Positions 26,384 to 39,576 of a DNA stretch of 64,000 bases are shown here, piece by piece. The DNA comes from Octopus sinensis (Eukaryota). A model generated the notes under the pieces. It saw only the letters and a list, made by a program, of their open reading frames with translations. It was not told the origin of the DNA and made no database searches. Numbering within the stretch: position 1 is the stretch's first letter; each line of letters opens with the position of its first letter. The stretch is from NCBI RefSeq assembly GCF_006345805.1, contig NC_042998.1, positions 119,288,001 to 119,352,000 of the forward strand, read 5' to 3'. The translations under genes and the position numbers were made by a program.

Positions 26384-26898
26384 TGTGTGGTGTGTGATAT
26401 GTATGTGTGTACAGTAACAGAGAGAGAGCGGGTAGGAGAGGGAGATAAAGAGTAAGAGAGAGAGAGGGAAAGAGTAAGAGAGGGAAAGAGAAAGAGGAAG
26501 GGAAAGAGTAAGAGAGAGAGAGAACGTAATACGAAGTGTAAAGACGGTGTGTTTGAAGAGTGAGCGAAGAGATGGTATGACAGCTTTTTAGAAGGAGGGT
26601 GAGTGTCACAAACAAACAAACAAACAAACAAAACAAAACAAAACAAACAAAGAGAAGACATGTGAAAGCGACATCACAAGCGAGGAACACAGGAAATACT
26701 GAATTTGCGTTTGGCAAAAAAGGAAACACGGGAGCACGAGAGATATAAGCAAGAGAGAAAGAAAGGCGGAGAAAAAGATTTAGTAGCGTCTGACAGTATA
26801 AAGGAATAGTAAAAGATGAAATGTAATACAAGCTTTTATCACCATCTTTCGAGAGAAAGTACGAAACTCGTGGCATTTCTTGCGTATGCATGTACATA

Positions 26899-27300
26899 GG
26901 CGCAGGAGTGGCTGTGTGGTAAGTAGCTTGCTAACCAACCACATGGTTCCGGGTTCAGTCCCACTGCGTGGCATTTTGGGCAAGTGTCTTCTGCTATAAC
27001 CCCGGGCCGACCAATGCCTTGTGAATGGATTTGGTAGACGGAAACTGAAAGAAGCCTGTCGTATATATGTATATGTGTATGTGTGTGTGTTTGTGTGTGT
27101 GTGTTTGTCCCCCTAGCATTGCTTGACAACCGATGCTGGTGTGTTTACGTCCCCGTCACTTAGCGGTTCGGCAAAAGAGACCGATAGAATAAGTACTGGG
27201 CTTACAAAGAATAAGTCCCGGGGTCGATTTGCTCGATGAAAGGCGGTGCTCCAGCATGGCCGCAGTCAAATGACTGAAACAAGTAAAAAAGTAAAAGAGT
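26899..27300 (+). mobile_element. Full-length family-B SINE
   Basis: GGCGCAGGAGTGGCTGTGTGGTAAG head, GGTTCAGTCC B-box-like motif, TTGGGCAAGTG block, internal (TG)n, tail GCAGTCAAATGACTGAAACAAGTAAAA. Confidence 0.9.
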
Positions 27301-27394
27301 ATACAAAGATACGAATGCAGAAACCCACATAAATACACATATCTTTACGTATATGTGTACTTTCACATTATACTTGCGTAAATTATACAATGTT

Positions 27395-27804
27395 TATAGG
27401 AGCAGGTGTGTTTGTGTGCGTGAGAAGGTTGCTTTCAAACCACATGGTTCCTCCTTCATGGCACCTTGGGCAAGTGTCTTCTACTATAGCTTTAGGCTGA
27501 TCAAAACTTTGTGGATGGATTTAGTACACGGAGACTGTAAGAAGCCCATCGTATATCAGTATATATCTGAGTGTGTGTGTATCTCTGTGTGTCTTTGTGT
27601 CTGTTTTTATCCCCCTTCACCGCATGACAACCGGTGTTAATGTATTTACGTTCCCGTAACATAGTGGTTCTGTAAAAGAGACAGGTAGAATAAGAACCAG
27701 GGTTTAAAATAGATTACTGTAGTTGATTCATTTGACTAAAAATTCTTCAAGGCAGTGCCCCAGCATGGCTGTAATCTAACCATTGAAACAATAAAAGCTA
27801 AAAG

Positions 27805-27805
<1 letters not shown>
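27395..27805 (+). mobile_element. Degenerate family-B SINE directly downstream of the previous copy
   Basis: GGCACCTTGGGCAAGTGTCTTCTACTATAGC block and CCCCAGCATGGC tail. Confidence 0.75.
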
Positions 27806-27878
<73 letters not shown>

Positions 27879-28227
27879 GTTTCTTTATTGGTCACACAGG
27901 GCTGCACACAGATGGGACAAGTTACAAGGTAGAGCTTTTCTTTTGGGGGATGAAAAAAACAAAAAAAAACAAAAAACAAAAGAAACAAAAAAAAGGTGGT
28001 GTAGGTTTTCGATCAAAAAGGATCGTAAAAGGGAAAAAAAGAACAAAAAATAAAAGAAAAAAAGAAAAAAAAATAGATAGATAGATAGATGCATACATAC
28101 ATACACATAGATACATATACATACATGTATACATTATACATACACATACATATATATATATACATACACATACATTTATATATAGATAGATGCATACATA
28201 TATACACATACATACATATACATACAT

Positions 28228-28772
28228 GATGGCTGCCCCCTCGTTATCGAGTATGGCCATTGCACGAAGTTTAATCAATGTTGTTATCGTGCAATACCTG
28301 ATTTTTTTTAAGTGAGGAAAGGATGTGCACTGAGTCAATCCCACTCACTAAGCAACAGCAGCCATAATCCGAAAAGAAGAACAAGTCAACATCATTGGTA
28401 ACTACTGAGCCGCAGATTTTATTTCGGAGTTATCCCAGTTACCTGAGTTACCTTCTCCTAGAAGGATGCCCTAACAAAGGCTAGGAATCCTTCACTCCCA
28501 ATGGTTTAACCGCGCGATCTGATATTCAGTCCGATTATTTCTATGTCCCCGCGCATGATCCAGCCTTAAGACATTTATTGGATGCCGTTGACTCTCAAGA
28601 GTTCCTCCGCCCTTTGACGGGTTTTGTTTTTCATCCCGTAGGGTGTCCAATACATCCTCCTCATCAAACAAGCTTGGTGAGGTTGCCGGTTTAGTCGCCG
28701 ACGACCCGACCATGCAACAGGTTGTACTGGGTTACATGTTACCAGTAGCAGTCGAATGTGACCTGACAAAAA
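28228..28772 (-). mobile_element. Non-autonomous RTE-derived element (5' UTR-like and 3' end-like parts, no ORF)
   Basis: Minus strand contains CATCCTTCTAGGAGAAGGTAACTC, resembling the RTE 5' UTR motif, and ends GCAATGGCCATACTCGATAACGAGGGGGCAGCCATC plus (ATGT)n. Confidence 0.55.
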
Positions 28773-29112
28773 CATACATACATACATACATACATACATA
28801 CATACATACATACATACATACATACATACATACATACATACATACATACACACACACATACATACATATATACATACATACATACATACATACATACATA
28901 CGCATGCACGCATGCACACATACATACGTACATACATACACACGCATGCACGCACGCATGCACGCACGCATGCACACATACATACGTACATACGTACACA
29001 CGCATGCACACATACATACGTACATACACACACACGCACACACACACACATACATACATACATACATACATACATACATACATACATACATACATACACA
29101 CACATACATACA
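28773..29112. repeat. (TACA)n/(CACG/CATG)n compound microsatellite
   Basis: Direct runs. Confidence 0.9.
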
Positions 29113-29711
29113 ATTACACTGGGATCGATGAAATCGATTAGTTCCCTCCCCACGAATTTCAAGTTTTGTGCCTTTAGTAGAAAGGAATATTTGAAAAATA
29201 AAGCAAAGCATGCACTATGGCGAGACAGAAAGCGTGACCGATATAATTATCATTCCGTTCAATTTACTGGGCACAGATACGAATAACCGTTTGTCGAGCG
29301 AGCATGGTAGCTCGCATTTCCTGCTCAGTTGTGCCAGTGAAACACTTAACAAAATTATGAGCTTCAATGAGTCTAAGAGAAGATCCATATAATTTATATT
29401 CCTTTTATTGGGTATAAATTTAAATCATTCTATTCTTATGTAATATTCAGCAGTAGTAGTAGTGATAGTTGTTTCTATAATGAAAATATTCTAATATGTG
29501 TTTTGTAATTTTAATGTCTGCTTTTATGTGGTTACTTACATACATACATAAATACACATACATACATATACATAAATAAATACACATACATATATATATA
29601 CATACACATACGTACACCTACATTCATATATATACATACATATATATACATGCATATACATACATACACATACATTCATATATACAAATAGATAGATGCA
29701 TACATACACAT

Positions 29712-30095
29712 TTGGAAGCACTCCGTCGGTTACGACGACGAGGGTTCCGGTTGATCCGAATCAACGGAACAGCCTGCTCGTGAAATTAACGTGTAAGTGG
29801 CTGAGCACTCCACAGACACGTGTACCCTTAACGTAGTTCTCGGGGATATTCAGCGTGACACAGAGAGTGACAAGGCTGGCCCTTTGAAATACAGGTACAA
29901 CAGAAACAGGAAGTAAGAGTGAGAGAAAGTTGTGGTGAAAGAGTACAGCAGGGAACACCACCATCCCCTGCCGGGGCCTCGTGGAGCTTTAGGTGTTTTC
30001 GCTCAATAAACACTCACAACGCCCGGTCTGGGAATCGAAACCACGATCCTATGACCGCGAGTCCGCTGCCCTAACCACTGGGCCATTGCGCCTCC
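29712..30095 (-). mobile_element. Full-length family-C tRNA-derived SINE
   Basis: Minus strand starts GGAGGCGCAATGGCCCAGTGGTTAGGG, has B box GTTTCGATTCC and ends in the CGTCGTCGTAACCGACGG stem-loop tail. Confidence 0.9.
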
Positions 30096-30275
30096 ACACA
30101 TACACATACATACATATATACATACATACATACATACATACATACATGCATACATACATACATACATCATACATACATACATACATACATACATACACAC
30201 ACATATACATACATACATGCATGCATACATACAAATATAGTAACGTAGTTCTTGTCACAAAGATGGGAGTTATCT

Positions 30276-30957
30276 TTTATTTATTTCAGTCATTAGACTA
30301 CGACCATGCTGGGGCACCGCCTTGATTTTTCCATCCTATGAATCGACTCAAGTACATTTTTTCCTTTTTTTTTTTTTGAAGCCTGATATTTATTCTCTCG
30401 GTCTCTTACCGAACCGCTATGTTACGTGAACGCAAACACACTTACACCGGAGATAGCGAACGAACAGTGAGACGAGCACACAGACACACATACATGGAGT
30501 GGCTGTGTGGTAAGTAGCTTGCTTACGAACCACATGTTTCCGGGTTCAGTCCCACTGCGTCGCACCTTGGGCAAATGTCTTCTACTATAGCCTCTGGCCG
30601 ACCAAAGCCTTGTGAGTGGATTTGGTAGACGGAAACAGAAAGAAGCCCGTCGTATATATGTTTTCATATATGTATGTGTGTGTATATGTTTGTGTGTCTG
30701 TTTGGCCCCCAACATCGCTTGACAATTGATGCTGGTGTGTTTACGCCCCCGTAACTTAGCGGTTCGGCAAAAGAGACAGATAGAATAAGTACTAGGCTTA
30801 CAAAGAATAAGTCCTGGGGTCGATTTGCTCGACTAAAGGCGGTGCTCCAGCATGGTCACAGTCAAATGACTGAAACAAGTAAAAGATAAAAAGATATATA
30901 TATGGCGGTGCCCCAGCATGGCCACAGCTCGTGAGCTGAAACTAGATAAAATAAAAA
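30276..30957. mobile_element. Divergent family-B SINE pair (minus 3' half 30276-30490; plus full copy 30496-30893; extra tail 30903-30957)
   Basis: Reverse-complement tail and body, then a plus-strand copy matching 26899-27300. Confidence 0.85.
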
Positions 30958-30999
<42 letters not shown>

Positions 31000-31208
31000 T
31001 GTGTGTGTGTGGTGTATTGAAAACGTGCTCGTGGCGGTAAAAGTAGTAGACCTGAGTATTGTTGGAATTAGAGGACTATATTTATTAAATGATTCAGTTA
31101 TGCAGCACACTTACTTTCTGTCTCAACAATTCTATGATCATAACACCTCTTCGTTACAAAAACACATATATGCAGGTGTGTATGTGTGCGTGTGTATAAT
31201 AGATATAT

Positions 31209-31285
<77 letters not shown>

Positions 31286-31817
31286 GTATGTAGTATGTAT
31301 GTATGTATGTATGTATGTGCGTGTGTGTGAGAATTCGAAACGCGGAGTAGATAAAACGGGGGACAACTGATGAAGTGATTGTTCTTTATGTTGCATGTCT
31401 CGTTTCTCTGTTTGTTTTTTTCGTTGTTCGAAAAAATGTTTTTGTTTTTTATGTTCTCGTTTCTCATTCTGTCTACGTTTTTTTATGTTCTGTACCCATA
31501 TATGCATGTATATATACGTATATATATATAGGTATATACATATATGTATATATGTGCGTGTGTGTGTGTGTGTATGTGTGCGTGTGTGTGCATATATTTA
31601 TATATTATTTATATTATCATTTTATTATCATATATGTAGGGATATATATATACATACATATATATATGTATACTACTTAAGCATATACTATATACATACA
31701 TATATGCATGAATACTTAAATGCATAAAAACTACACACACGTAAAACATACATGCGCATAAATATACTTATACACAAATAATTCACAAACAGATATGTAA
31801 ATATATGAATATACATA

Positions 31818-33412
31818 CAGTTGCGGCATTGTTTTCGTCAGAAAAGTAGGTATAATATTTTATCAAAGTTGTTTTATATTCTATAATTTTCACAGACAAT
31901 AAATACGATATTATTTATTGTCTGAGATTCTGGTGTAATTTGACAGTATAATACAAAAGTCATGGATGATTTAGTGATTTAGTGCAAAACCCATGCCGGC
32001 CAAAAGGATCAGAAAGGTTGAAAAAATAACAAAATAATCAAAAATGACAGAGAATACTGGAATTATTTAATATTTAGCGTGAAGCCCTTTAGCTTCAATC
32101 ACACTTTGACATCTTCGACTGCATGGGGAAACTAAATTTTCAATTTCTTGCTGGGTGATCTTATTCAATTTTCTTCCTGATGGGCATTCCATAATTATTC
32201 GGTTGTTTTAGGATTTCTGGCTTTCGAACGTTCTCCTAGAATATTCCACACATTTTCAATAGGATTGAGATCTGGGCTTTGAGCAGGCCAATCCATAACA
32301 ATAACCTTTTCAGCCTTGAGGAAGTTCATGACCACCTTAGCCTTGTGACAGGGGGCATTGTCCTGCATGAATATGGGTGGTCGCTTAGTTGAATTTCTCA
32401 GCACAGGCAAGACATGATCTTTCACAAGTTGTTTATAAACTCCTGCATTTACCTTTCCCTGTAATCGCACCAAAAGGGCCCCACACCATCTCCAGATATC
32501 ATCCCCCAAACCATGACACATCCTCCACCGAATTTAACACTAGTCTTAAGGCATTTAGGCGACAATTTTTCACCTACTTTTCCCATCTGAGCCAAATAAC
32601 ATAAACTTAGATTCATCACTGAAATGCACCGTTTGCCATTTTTCTTGAGACCACAAAACATGTTCGGTTGCAAAGGTAAGACGACACTTTTTATTCTTGG
32701 AGCTGACCAGTGGCTTTACTGCAGGTGCTCTTGCTTGTAGGTCATGTTCAACTAAACGACGAGACACAGTTTTTCGAGATAAAGTTTTCTTCAGTACAAT
32801 GCTCATTTCCCGAGAAACAGCAGCAGCAGTTTTAAATCTGTCCTTTTTAACCAACTTTACCATAGCACGATCTTCTCTCTTGGTCGTTTTTATTGGCCTA
32901 CCTGAAGACTTTCTTGCTTCACACGAACCACAATCATCGTAGACCTTAAGAATACCATGAACAACACTTTTTGACTTGTTAACAATCTTTGCAATAGACC
33001 CAATACTTAAATTATCCTTCTTTCGAAGCTTAATAATCTGCTGATGAATTGGTAACGGAGTAAGTGGTATTATATAAACAAAGTACACTGCAGATATTCT
33101 TACTAATGTTTAGTAAACGAACCGTCAAGTAAACAAATTCAAAACATTAGAGTTCGTCGGTTCAATACACTAAAACACGGAGTAAAAGCAACTGTTCTGA
33201 TCCTTTTGGCCGCCATGGGTTTTGCAGTAAATCACTAAATCATCCATGACTTTTGTATTATCCTCTCAAATTACACCAAAATCTCAGACAATAACAAATA
33301 ATATCGTATTTATTGTCTGTGAAAATTATAGAATATAAAAGAAATTTGATAAAAATTTATACCTACTTTTCTGACGAAAATAATGCCGTTCTGAACATTT
33401 TGGCCGCAACTG
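31818..33412 (-). mobile_element. Full-length (1595 bp) IR/DR-type Tc1 transposon
   Basis: TA|CAGTTGCGGC...GCCGCAACTG|TA; about 200-220-bp TIRs with an inner direct repeat (GGCCAAAAGGATCAGAA) of the outer site. Confidence 0.95.
32067..33088 (-). pseudogene. Tc1 transposase (DD34E), frameshifted
   Basis: HTH N-terminus, WQTVHFSDESKF, GGGCVMVWG, FMQDNAPCH-x-WPAQSPDLNPIEN (34 residues between D and E) and C-terminal VIEAKGLHAKY*, spread over several frames. Confidence 0.95.
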
Positions 33413-33450
<38 letters not shown>

Positions 33451-33513
33451 ATATACACACACACATAGATGTGTCTGCGTGTGCGCGCGCGCATGTGTGT
33501 GTATGTGTACACA

Positions 33514-33936
33514 TATATCCAGTTAAAAGAAGGAGAGAAAATGGATATAAGGAAGTTAATAATTATTTATTATTAACAAAATGGTCACCTTCGCTTCTTA
33601 CAGCCGTTTCACTTAATCCTCTGTTCATTAAATTTGCATTTATGCGACATGAGTATAATTTCATAAGAGAAAAAGAAGACATACCTTGGGATGTTATATG
33701 TGCCTTCTGAAATGAATTGATAGGTCCACGTATAATATCCCAAGGTACAACTTTATTTTTTTCTCTCCTGACAGTATGCTCGTGTCACATAAATGCAAAT
33801 TTATTGTCCACATTTTAATTTAATTGTTGAGCATTAATTGAAACGGCTGCAAGAAGCGAAGATGATTAATTTGTTAATAATAAATAATTGTTAGCTTCCT
33901 TATCTCCATTTTCTTTTCTCCATTTAACTGGATATA
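33514..33936. mobile_element. 423-bp foldback MITE palindromic over nearly its whole length
   Basis: TATATCCAGTTAAA/TTTAACTGGATATA ends; inner mirrored blocks AATTATTTATTATTAACAAA, AAATTTGCATTTATG and TACCTTGGGAT. Confidence 0.85.
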
Positions 33937-34054
33937 AACTATGTGCTTAATACATACTATATATATAATATTGCTTTAAAGGAATTTCATTCCCCAACAA
34001 TACTAGGTATTGAACCAGTATTTCCTTGGATGCAACTATCCCTCACGAGGTAAT

Positions 34055-34129
<75 letters not shown>

Positions 34130-34910
34130 CGAATGTATGTATGAATGTATGTATGTATGTATGTATGTATGTATGTATGTATGCATGTAGTATGTATGTA
34201 TAAGGTAGGAAATATTTTATTGGGGAAACACACATATATATATATACACACACACGTGCGGGCGCGCATACATATAAACAAATATGCAAAGTAATAAGTT
34301 TTTATATCAATAGGAGATGAACTAAATTAGATATGATCAGTCTCAATAGAAATAGCTCCTACAATTTCCTGAAAATATCTTCCGGACTTCTGTTGGCCAA
34401 TTTTTCGGTGTTTGGCTTCGTCTTTCAGATTGACCAATTAAATATGGCTGATCTACATAACATTGCTTGTCAAAAACATACATTGTCACACAGCCGCTCT
34501 CTCCCTTCCTCTCTCTTTCCACTTCCTCCTCTCTCTCTCCCTCTCTCTCTCTCTCCCTCTCTCTCTCCCTCTCTCTCTCTCTCCCTCTCTCTCTCTCTCT
34601 TTCTGTCTGTCTATTACCCACAAACACGTATACACAAACATGTACATACATAAACACACCGTACGTAATCAAACAATTTTTAACACACTCATTGAAACAC
34701 GTACGTCATAAGTGCACGAGGTTTATCATTGTAACATATACGAGTATATGTGTGTGAGTGAAGGTATATATGCATGTGTGCGTGTGTGTATGCGTAAGTG
34801 AGCGTGTTTCTCTGTGTGAGTGTGCGTGTAATGAACATTTGTCACATACATCGATGGTGTATTTGCATGACGTATAAGCAGAGATAGACAGAGAAATATG
34901 TATGTACGTG

Positions 34911-34948
<38 letters not shown>

Positions 34949-34969
34949 TATATATATAATATATATATA

Positions 34970-35040
<71 letters not shown>

Positions 35041-35528
35041 ATTCTTTGTTTGTCTGTCTATCTGTTCTCTATGCATTCTATGTATTCTCAAACGGCTCGA
35101 CTAAATCAAATAAAATTTTATAAGGTACTAGTATCAGATCCCGTCAGTGTCAATATGTATTTTTTTTTCAGTTGGATTAAAACAATATAATATTGGCACT
35201 GGTTCGGTGTTACGTGTCAAAAGTGAAAGAATAAGATCTATATTGTAATGTCATATAATATTGTTTCACTTTTATTATTTCATTTTTAATTCTAATTTGA
35301 TAACACCAACACCATCTTATTTCTATTATGTTTGAAATAAATGAATAATTCATATCCCAATGTAAACAACATTACACATCGGCAACTTTCTGTCTTTACG
35401 GCCATGACAGCGGAGTGGTGTGTCGAAGGTATATAAAAATACACATTTACCCTTCAATTAACAGTGAAACATTATCACAACAGTTGCAAGGAATTTACAA
35501 TTACTAACTTACCCTTGAATTAACATTT

Positions 35529-35901
35529 CCCAGATCAGCAAAGGCATGCCACAGCACGTTAGATGGCGTCTCAATACAGAAGGGATTTGAGACTTTCTAA
35601 GATCAGCAAATGCTTACTGCAGCACGTCAAATGGAGTGTCAAGAGAGCAGGAGGATGGGACATTCTCAACATCAGCAAACGTATGCAGCAGCACATCAGA
35701 TGGAGTCTCAAGACAGAAGCGAGATGAGACTTTCTCAAGATCAACTAACGCATGCTGCAACACATCAAAATGGAGTCTCAAGACAGAAGCAAGATGAAGC
35801 TTTCTCAAGATCAACAAACGTATGCTGCAGCACGTCAAATGGAGTTTGAAGGCAGAAGCGAGATGAGACTTTCCCAAGATAGCAAAAGCATGCTACAGCA
35901 C
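35529..35901 (+). repeat. 69-bp coding tandem repeat, about 5.5 copies
   Basis: Unit starts at 35532, 35600, 35669, 35738, 35808 and 35877 (periods 68, 69, 69, 70, 69). Confidence 0.9.
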
Positions 35902-36410
35902 TTAATGCTGAATCATTAAAACAACGTTTTTGTGATTAAACAGACGTTCAACAAAACAGCTCTCAGAAACAGACTACGTACAAATTCGTTCTTCACAACT
36001 TCTGGAAGTGCTTTCAGATATGATCCATCCCATTCTTATAAAAATTATAATTTTGTCCAAATTGGTGTGCTAAACTCAAATTGTCGTTACTGCAAAGCTT
36101 CAAAATTTCCAAATGAAACTAATAGCACGTGTTGCTCAGGCGGTAAGGTAAGATTACCAGCTCTATCTACTCCTCCTCAACCTCTTATAGATCTTCTGGA
36201 AGGCACTTCCATCCAATCAAAGGATTTTCTGAGCAATATCAGACAATACAACTCCGCTTTCAAATGACATATTTTGGTGCATCTAAGGAGATAGGTGAGC
36301 ATGGATTGACACCGACGTTCAAAGTTCAAGGGCAAGATTATCACCTCATTGCTTCCCTGTTACCTACAAATGAACAACCACAGTTCCTCTAAATTTACTT
36401 TATGAGTGAT
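35529..36410 (+). pseudogene. Helitron Rep/helicase N-terminal remnant with 23-aa repeats
   Basis: CRYCKASKFPNETNSTCCSGGKVRLPAL...FLSNIRQYNSAFK, then (M)TYFGA and PTFKVQGQDYHLIASLLP...QFL*IYF in shifted frames; these are conserved Helitron motifs. Confidence 0.9.
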
Positions 36411-36974
36411 GTAGGACAACAAATCCGAAGGAAGTGTCAAAACTTCAGATAATGGGTCGTGTTAGACGCAGCGCCGACCGCCGCAAAGGAGAGTATATCT
36501 ACTAACAGCTTTACGGTGCATTCAAAAATAACATACCGCGCCATCCACAATTTTCCATTACACTTTAGGACCTGGAATACTCCAAACGGACGCATGACAT
36601 GTCACTTAGTCAAATTAGCCCATTAGTTACTCCACGAGTGTTTTGTCGTCAATGCTACACATTCCCGTATCACCTGTTTCAACATAACTGTAATATATAC
36701 ACAAACTATGCCATTTTAAACCTGAGCATGTCTGGTATCTCTGCTAGTACATACATATATATATATATATTATATATTATATATATTATATATATTATAT
36801 ATATATTATATGTACATATACATACACTATACATATATATAATATATATTATATAATATATTATATATATATATATATATATAATAATCTATATATATAT
36901 ATATATATTATATATTATATATTATATATATTATATATATATATATATATATAATATATATATATTATATATAT

Positions 36975-37335
36975 GAGAGAAATACCAAAAATGGGACAAG
37001 AACGCAAAACATCCAGACAGACGATACAAAAAAACAAGAACGGGTCATTGGGAGTTTTCTTTCTTCAGTCGAGTTCCAGATTATCTTTGCAATTTCGGTT
37101 GGTTATACTCGAGATTGCTTCAATCTGCCAGCCCTAAGGAAAAACTAAGCTAAGAGCACTAGATTCCTTGGACGAAAACAGCGAATGTATACGAAAACGA
37201 GGACGGAAAAAACTGAGAAATGGTACACAAATCCAAATGCTAATACGGACATTAGCAACAGGTGTCTTTCGACTAAGGACGAATTAAATTAAGCTGGCGT
37301 GTGTGGAAGTGAATCCTTACGACAGGAACATACGA
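36975..37335 (-). mobile_element. Probable PLE pLTR-like fragment
   Basis: Next to (TA)n; the minus strand has CTGAAGA followed by a T-rich 3' end like the other pLTR fragments, but no intact GAAA. Confidence 0.35.
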
Positions 37336-37656
37336 AATGACAGGCATAGGGAGGAATATAGATGTTGCACAGATGGTAGTCAAACCAAAATAGAAAGGTC
37401 AGGACTGGCCGAACACCGGTCACGTGGAGAGAGAAGAGAAAGAGGTAGAGACAGAGGGATAGAAGAATAAGGGAGGAACGGAAAAAAAGAAAAGGGACAG
37501 AGTGAAGTGAAAGAGGAGGGAGGTGAGAATGAAGAAAAAACCAGGAAATGTGAGAGAGGGGGTACGAAAGAAAGAAGAGTGGAAAGAACGAAGTAAGTGT
37601 GAAAGGGCTGATAGAAAGAAAGAAAGAATGAAAGAATAATAGAGTCGTACAAAATT

Positions 37657-37732
<76 letters not shown>

Positions 37733-38709
37733 AGAAATTAAAAATGAAAAATGCACACACTTTACATAGTTTTAATATAATTTTTAATATATCGACTAGT
37801 TTCGCTTTCGCTATTCATGATATTATGGTTTACTTATTTGAATATATATTTTCTTAAGAAGAAATTTTTATCCATGTTGTGTGTGATGATATTTACGAGT
37901 GAATGACTTCACAAATAGAAAAGTAAGGGGAAGTAATTCGTTATCGTTATTATTGTTATTGTTGTGGGCAAGGGAGATAACTGTTCAACTTTCGGTAAGG
38001 GGAGGGGAATATATATACACACAAAAAAGCTTCGAAAAACTTGTTTAGTGAGGGTATTTATGTACAGCGATGTAATCGTGATTTGAAATATGTAAAAAGA
38101 TAAAAGCTGTTTATGCATGCATATTAAGATGTGTTCTGTATTTTTCGATGAAAAAAGTTTCTTTATTTAAACGTTCTTGTGGAGAAATTATGTCTTTGCC
38201 CTGGTAGAAGGGGAAAACTGTGAAATTTGGTGTGATGTTATCTGCACATTTTTCTATATGTTCACTGAGAGAAATTTGCCTGTATTGTGGAAAACGGATT
38301 TGCTTTTTATGTAGAGTGGTTTTCTAACTAGCTAATTTGCTTGTTGCAAGATCAATGACTGTGCATCACATTTTTGTATATATTGCGAACTGGAGTGAAC
38401 TACTGCTGTCTCTGGGGGACGAGTATCCACCACCGAGGATGACCACAAAGAGGTCGAAACCGTACGCTCTGGTAGTCTCGTGGCTAGAAGACGGTAGGGC
38501 TTCATTCTCCTGCTTTCAATATTTATCGGGTGCAGATTGCATCTAAGAACCAGCTGGAGGAAGCATCCCCCTGTGGTTAAAATGGCAGTAACGTCGGTTC
38601 CTACGGAACAGCCATGTTTAAGTGGTGATAAAAATTGCTTCTCAGTAAAGTTACAGCTTTCATTCTTATACTGATTTTCTAGCTAGTAATTTGCTCATAT
38701 ATATGTATG

Positions 38710-38741
<32 letters not shown>

Positions 38742-38949
38742 AGATATATTATATATATATATATATATATAGATATATATACATATATTAATATATATAT
38801 ACCATACATACATACAACATATACATACATACATACATACATACATACATACATACATACATACATACATACATACATACATACAAACAAACAAACAACA
38901 AACCTACATACAGACTGATAGACATACATACACATATATTATTTTTTTA

Positions 38950-39180
38950 AATGATTATTATTGACAATGTCTTGAAAGTTTCAAGCAGTTAAACCTCATC
39001 GTCGGACTGCGATGAATTCAAGTTAACCTTGGTTTTATATAGTCTCTGTGAAGTTCAAATATTTTAATTCAGTAGAAGCTGCATATAGCCAAGATTAACT
39101 TCAATGCATCACAGTCCGACAACGGCTTCGCTGGTCAAAACTTCGAACTCCCTGTCGATAATATTTTTGTTTAAGAATAA
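38950..39180. mobile_element. Inverted pair of decayed pLTR/hammerhead-like units (family of 17051)
   Basis: Minus copy CCGACGA at 38999-39005 and GAAAC at 38978-38982; plus copy CCGACAA at 39116 and AAAACTTCGAACTC at 39137; shared CCAAG(A/G)TTAACTT block. Confidence 0.6.
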
Positions 39181-39519
39181 TAAATCTACAAAAGTATAGA
39201 GTAACCCATTAGATTAATGGAAAGTTGTTTTTGTTATAACTGAGCATAAAAATAAACAAACATATACGCAGACAAACACACACACGTGCATGTACTTACA
39301 CACGCATTTATATATGTAAATACATAAATAGATGTATGTGTGTGTGTGTGTCTGTGTGTGTGTGCGTCCGTGCGTGCGTGCGTGCGTGCGTGCATGCGTG
39401 CGTCCGTGCGTGTGTGTATAGAAAACAATTGCAAAATACACTGATGATGCGTTTCCGTGCAGAGAGCACTCTGAGAACATTAATAAATGTCTAGTCTAAT
39501 GAAAATAACCATAAAATAT

Positions 39520-39542
39520 TTATGTATGTATATGTATGTATG

Positions 39543-39576
<34 letters not shown>

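Larger units (their letters stand above)
35125..36748 (+). mobile_element. Internally deleted Helitron
   Basis: Helitron RepHel N-terminal coding remnant; 3' end ...GGTATCTCTGCTAG|T (CTAG 36744-36747) preceded by a decayed hairpin. The 5' boundary (ACTAG...CCCGTC) is uncertain. Confidence 0.75.

Noticed and set aside
35529-35901. Regularly spaced repeats as a CRISPR array
   Set aside because: Contiguous 69-bp coding repeats without unique spacers, in a eukaryotic Helitron.
37040-37075. Minus-strand CTGAAGA in a pLTR-like fragment
   Set aside because: GAAA and helix III are not present in this copy; at best a decayed motif.
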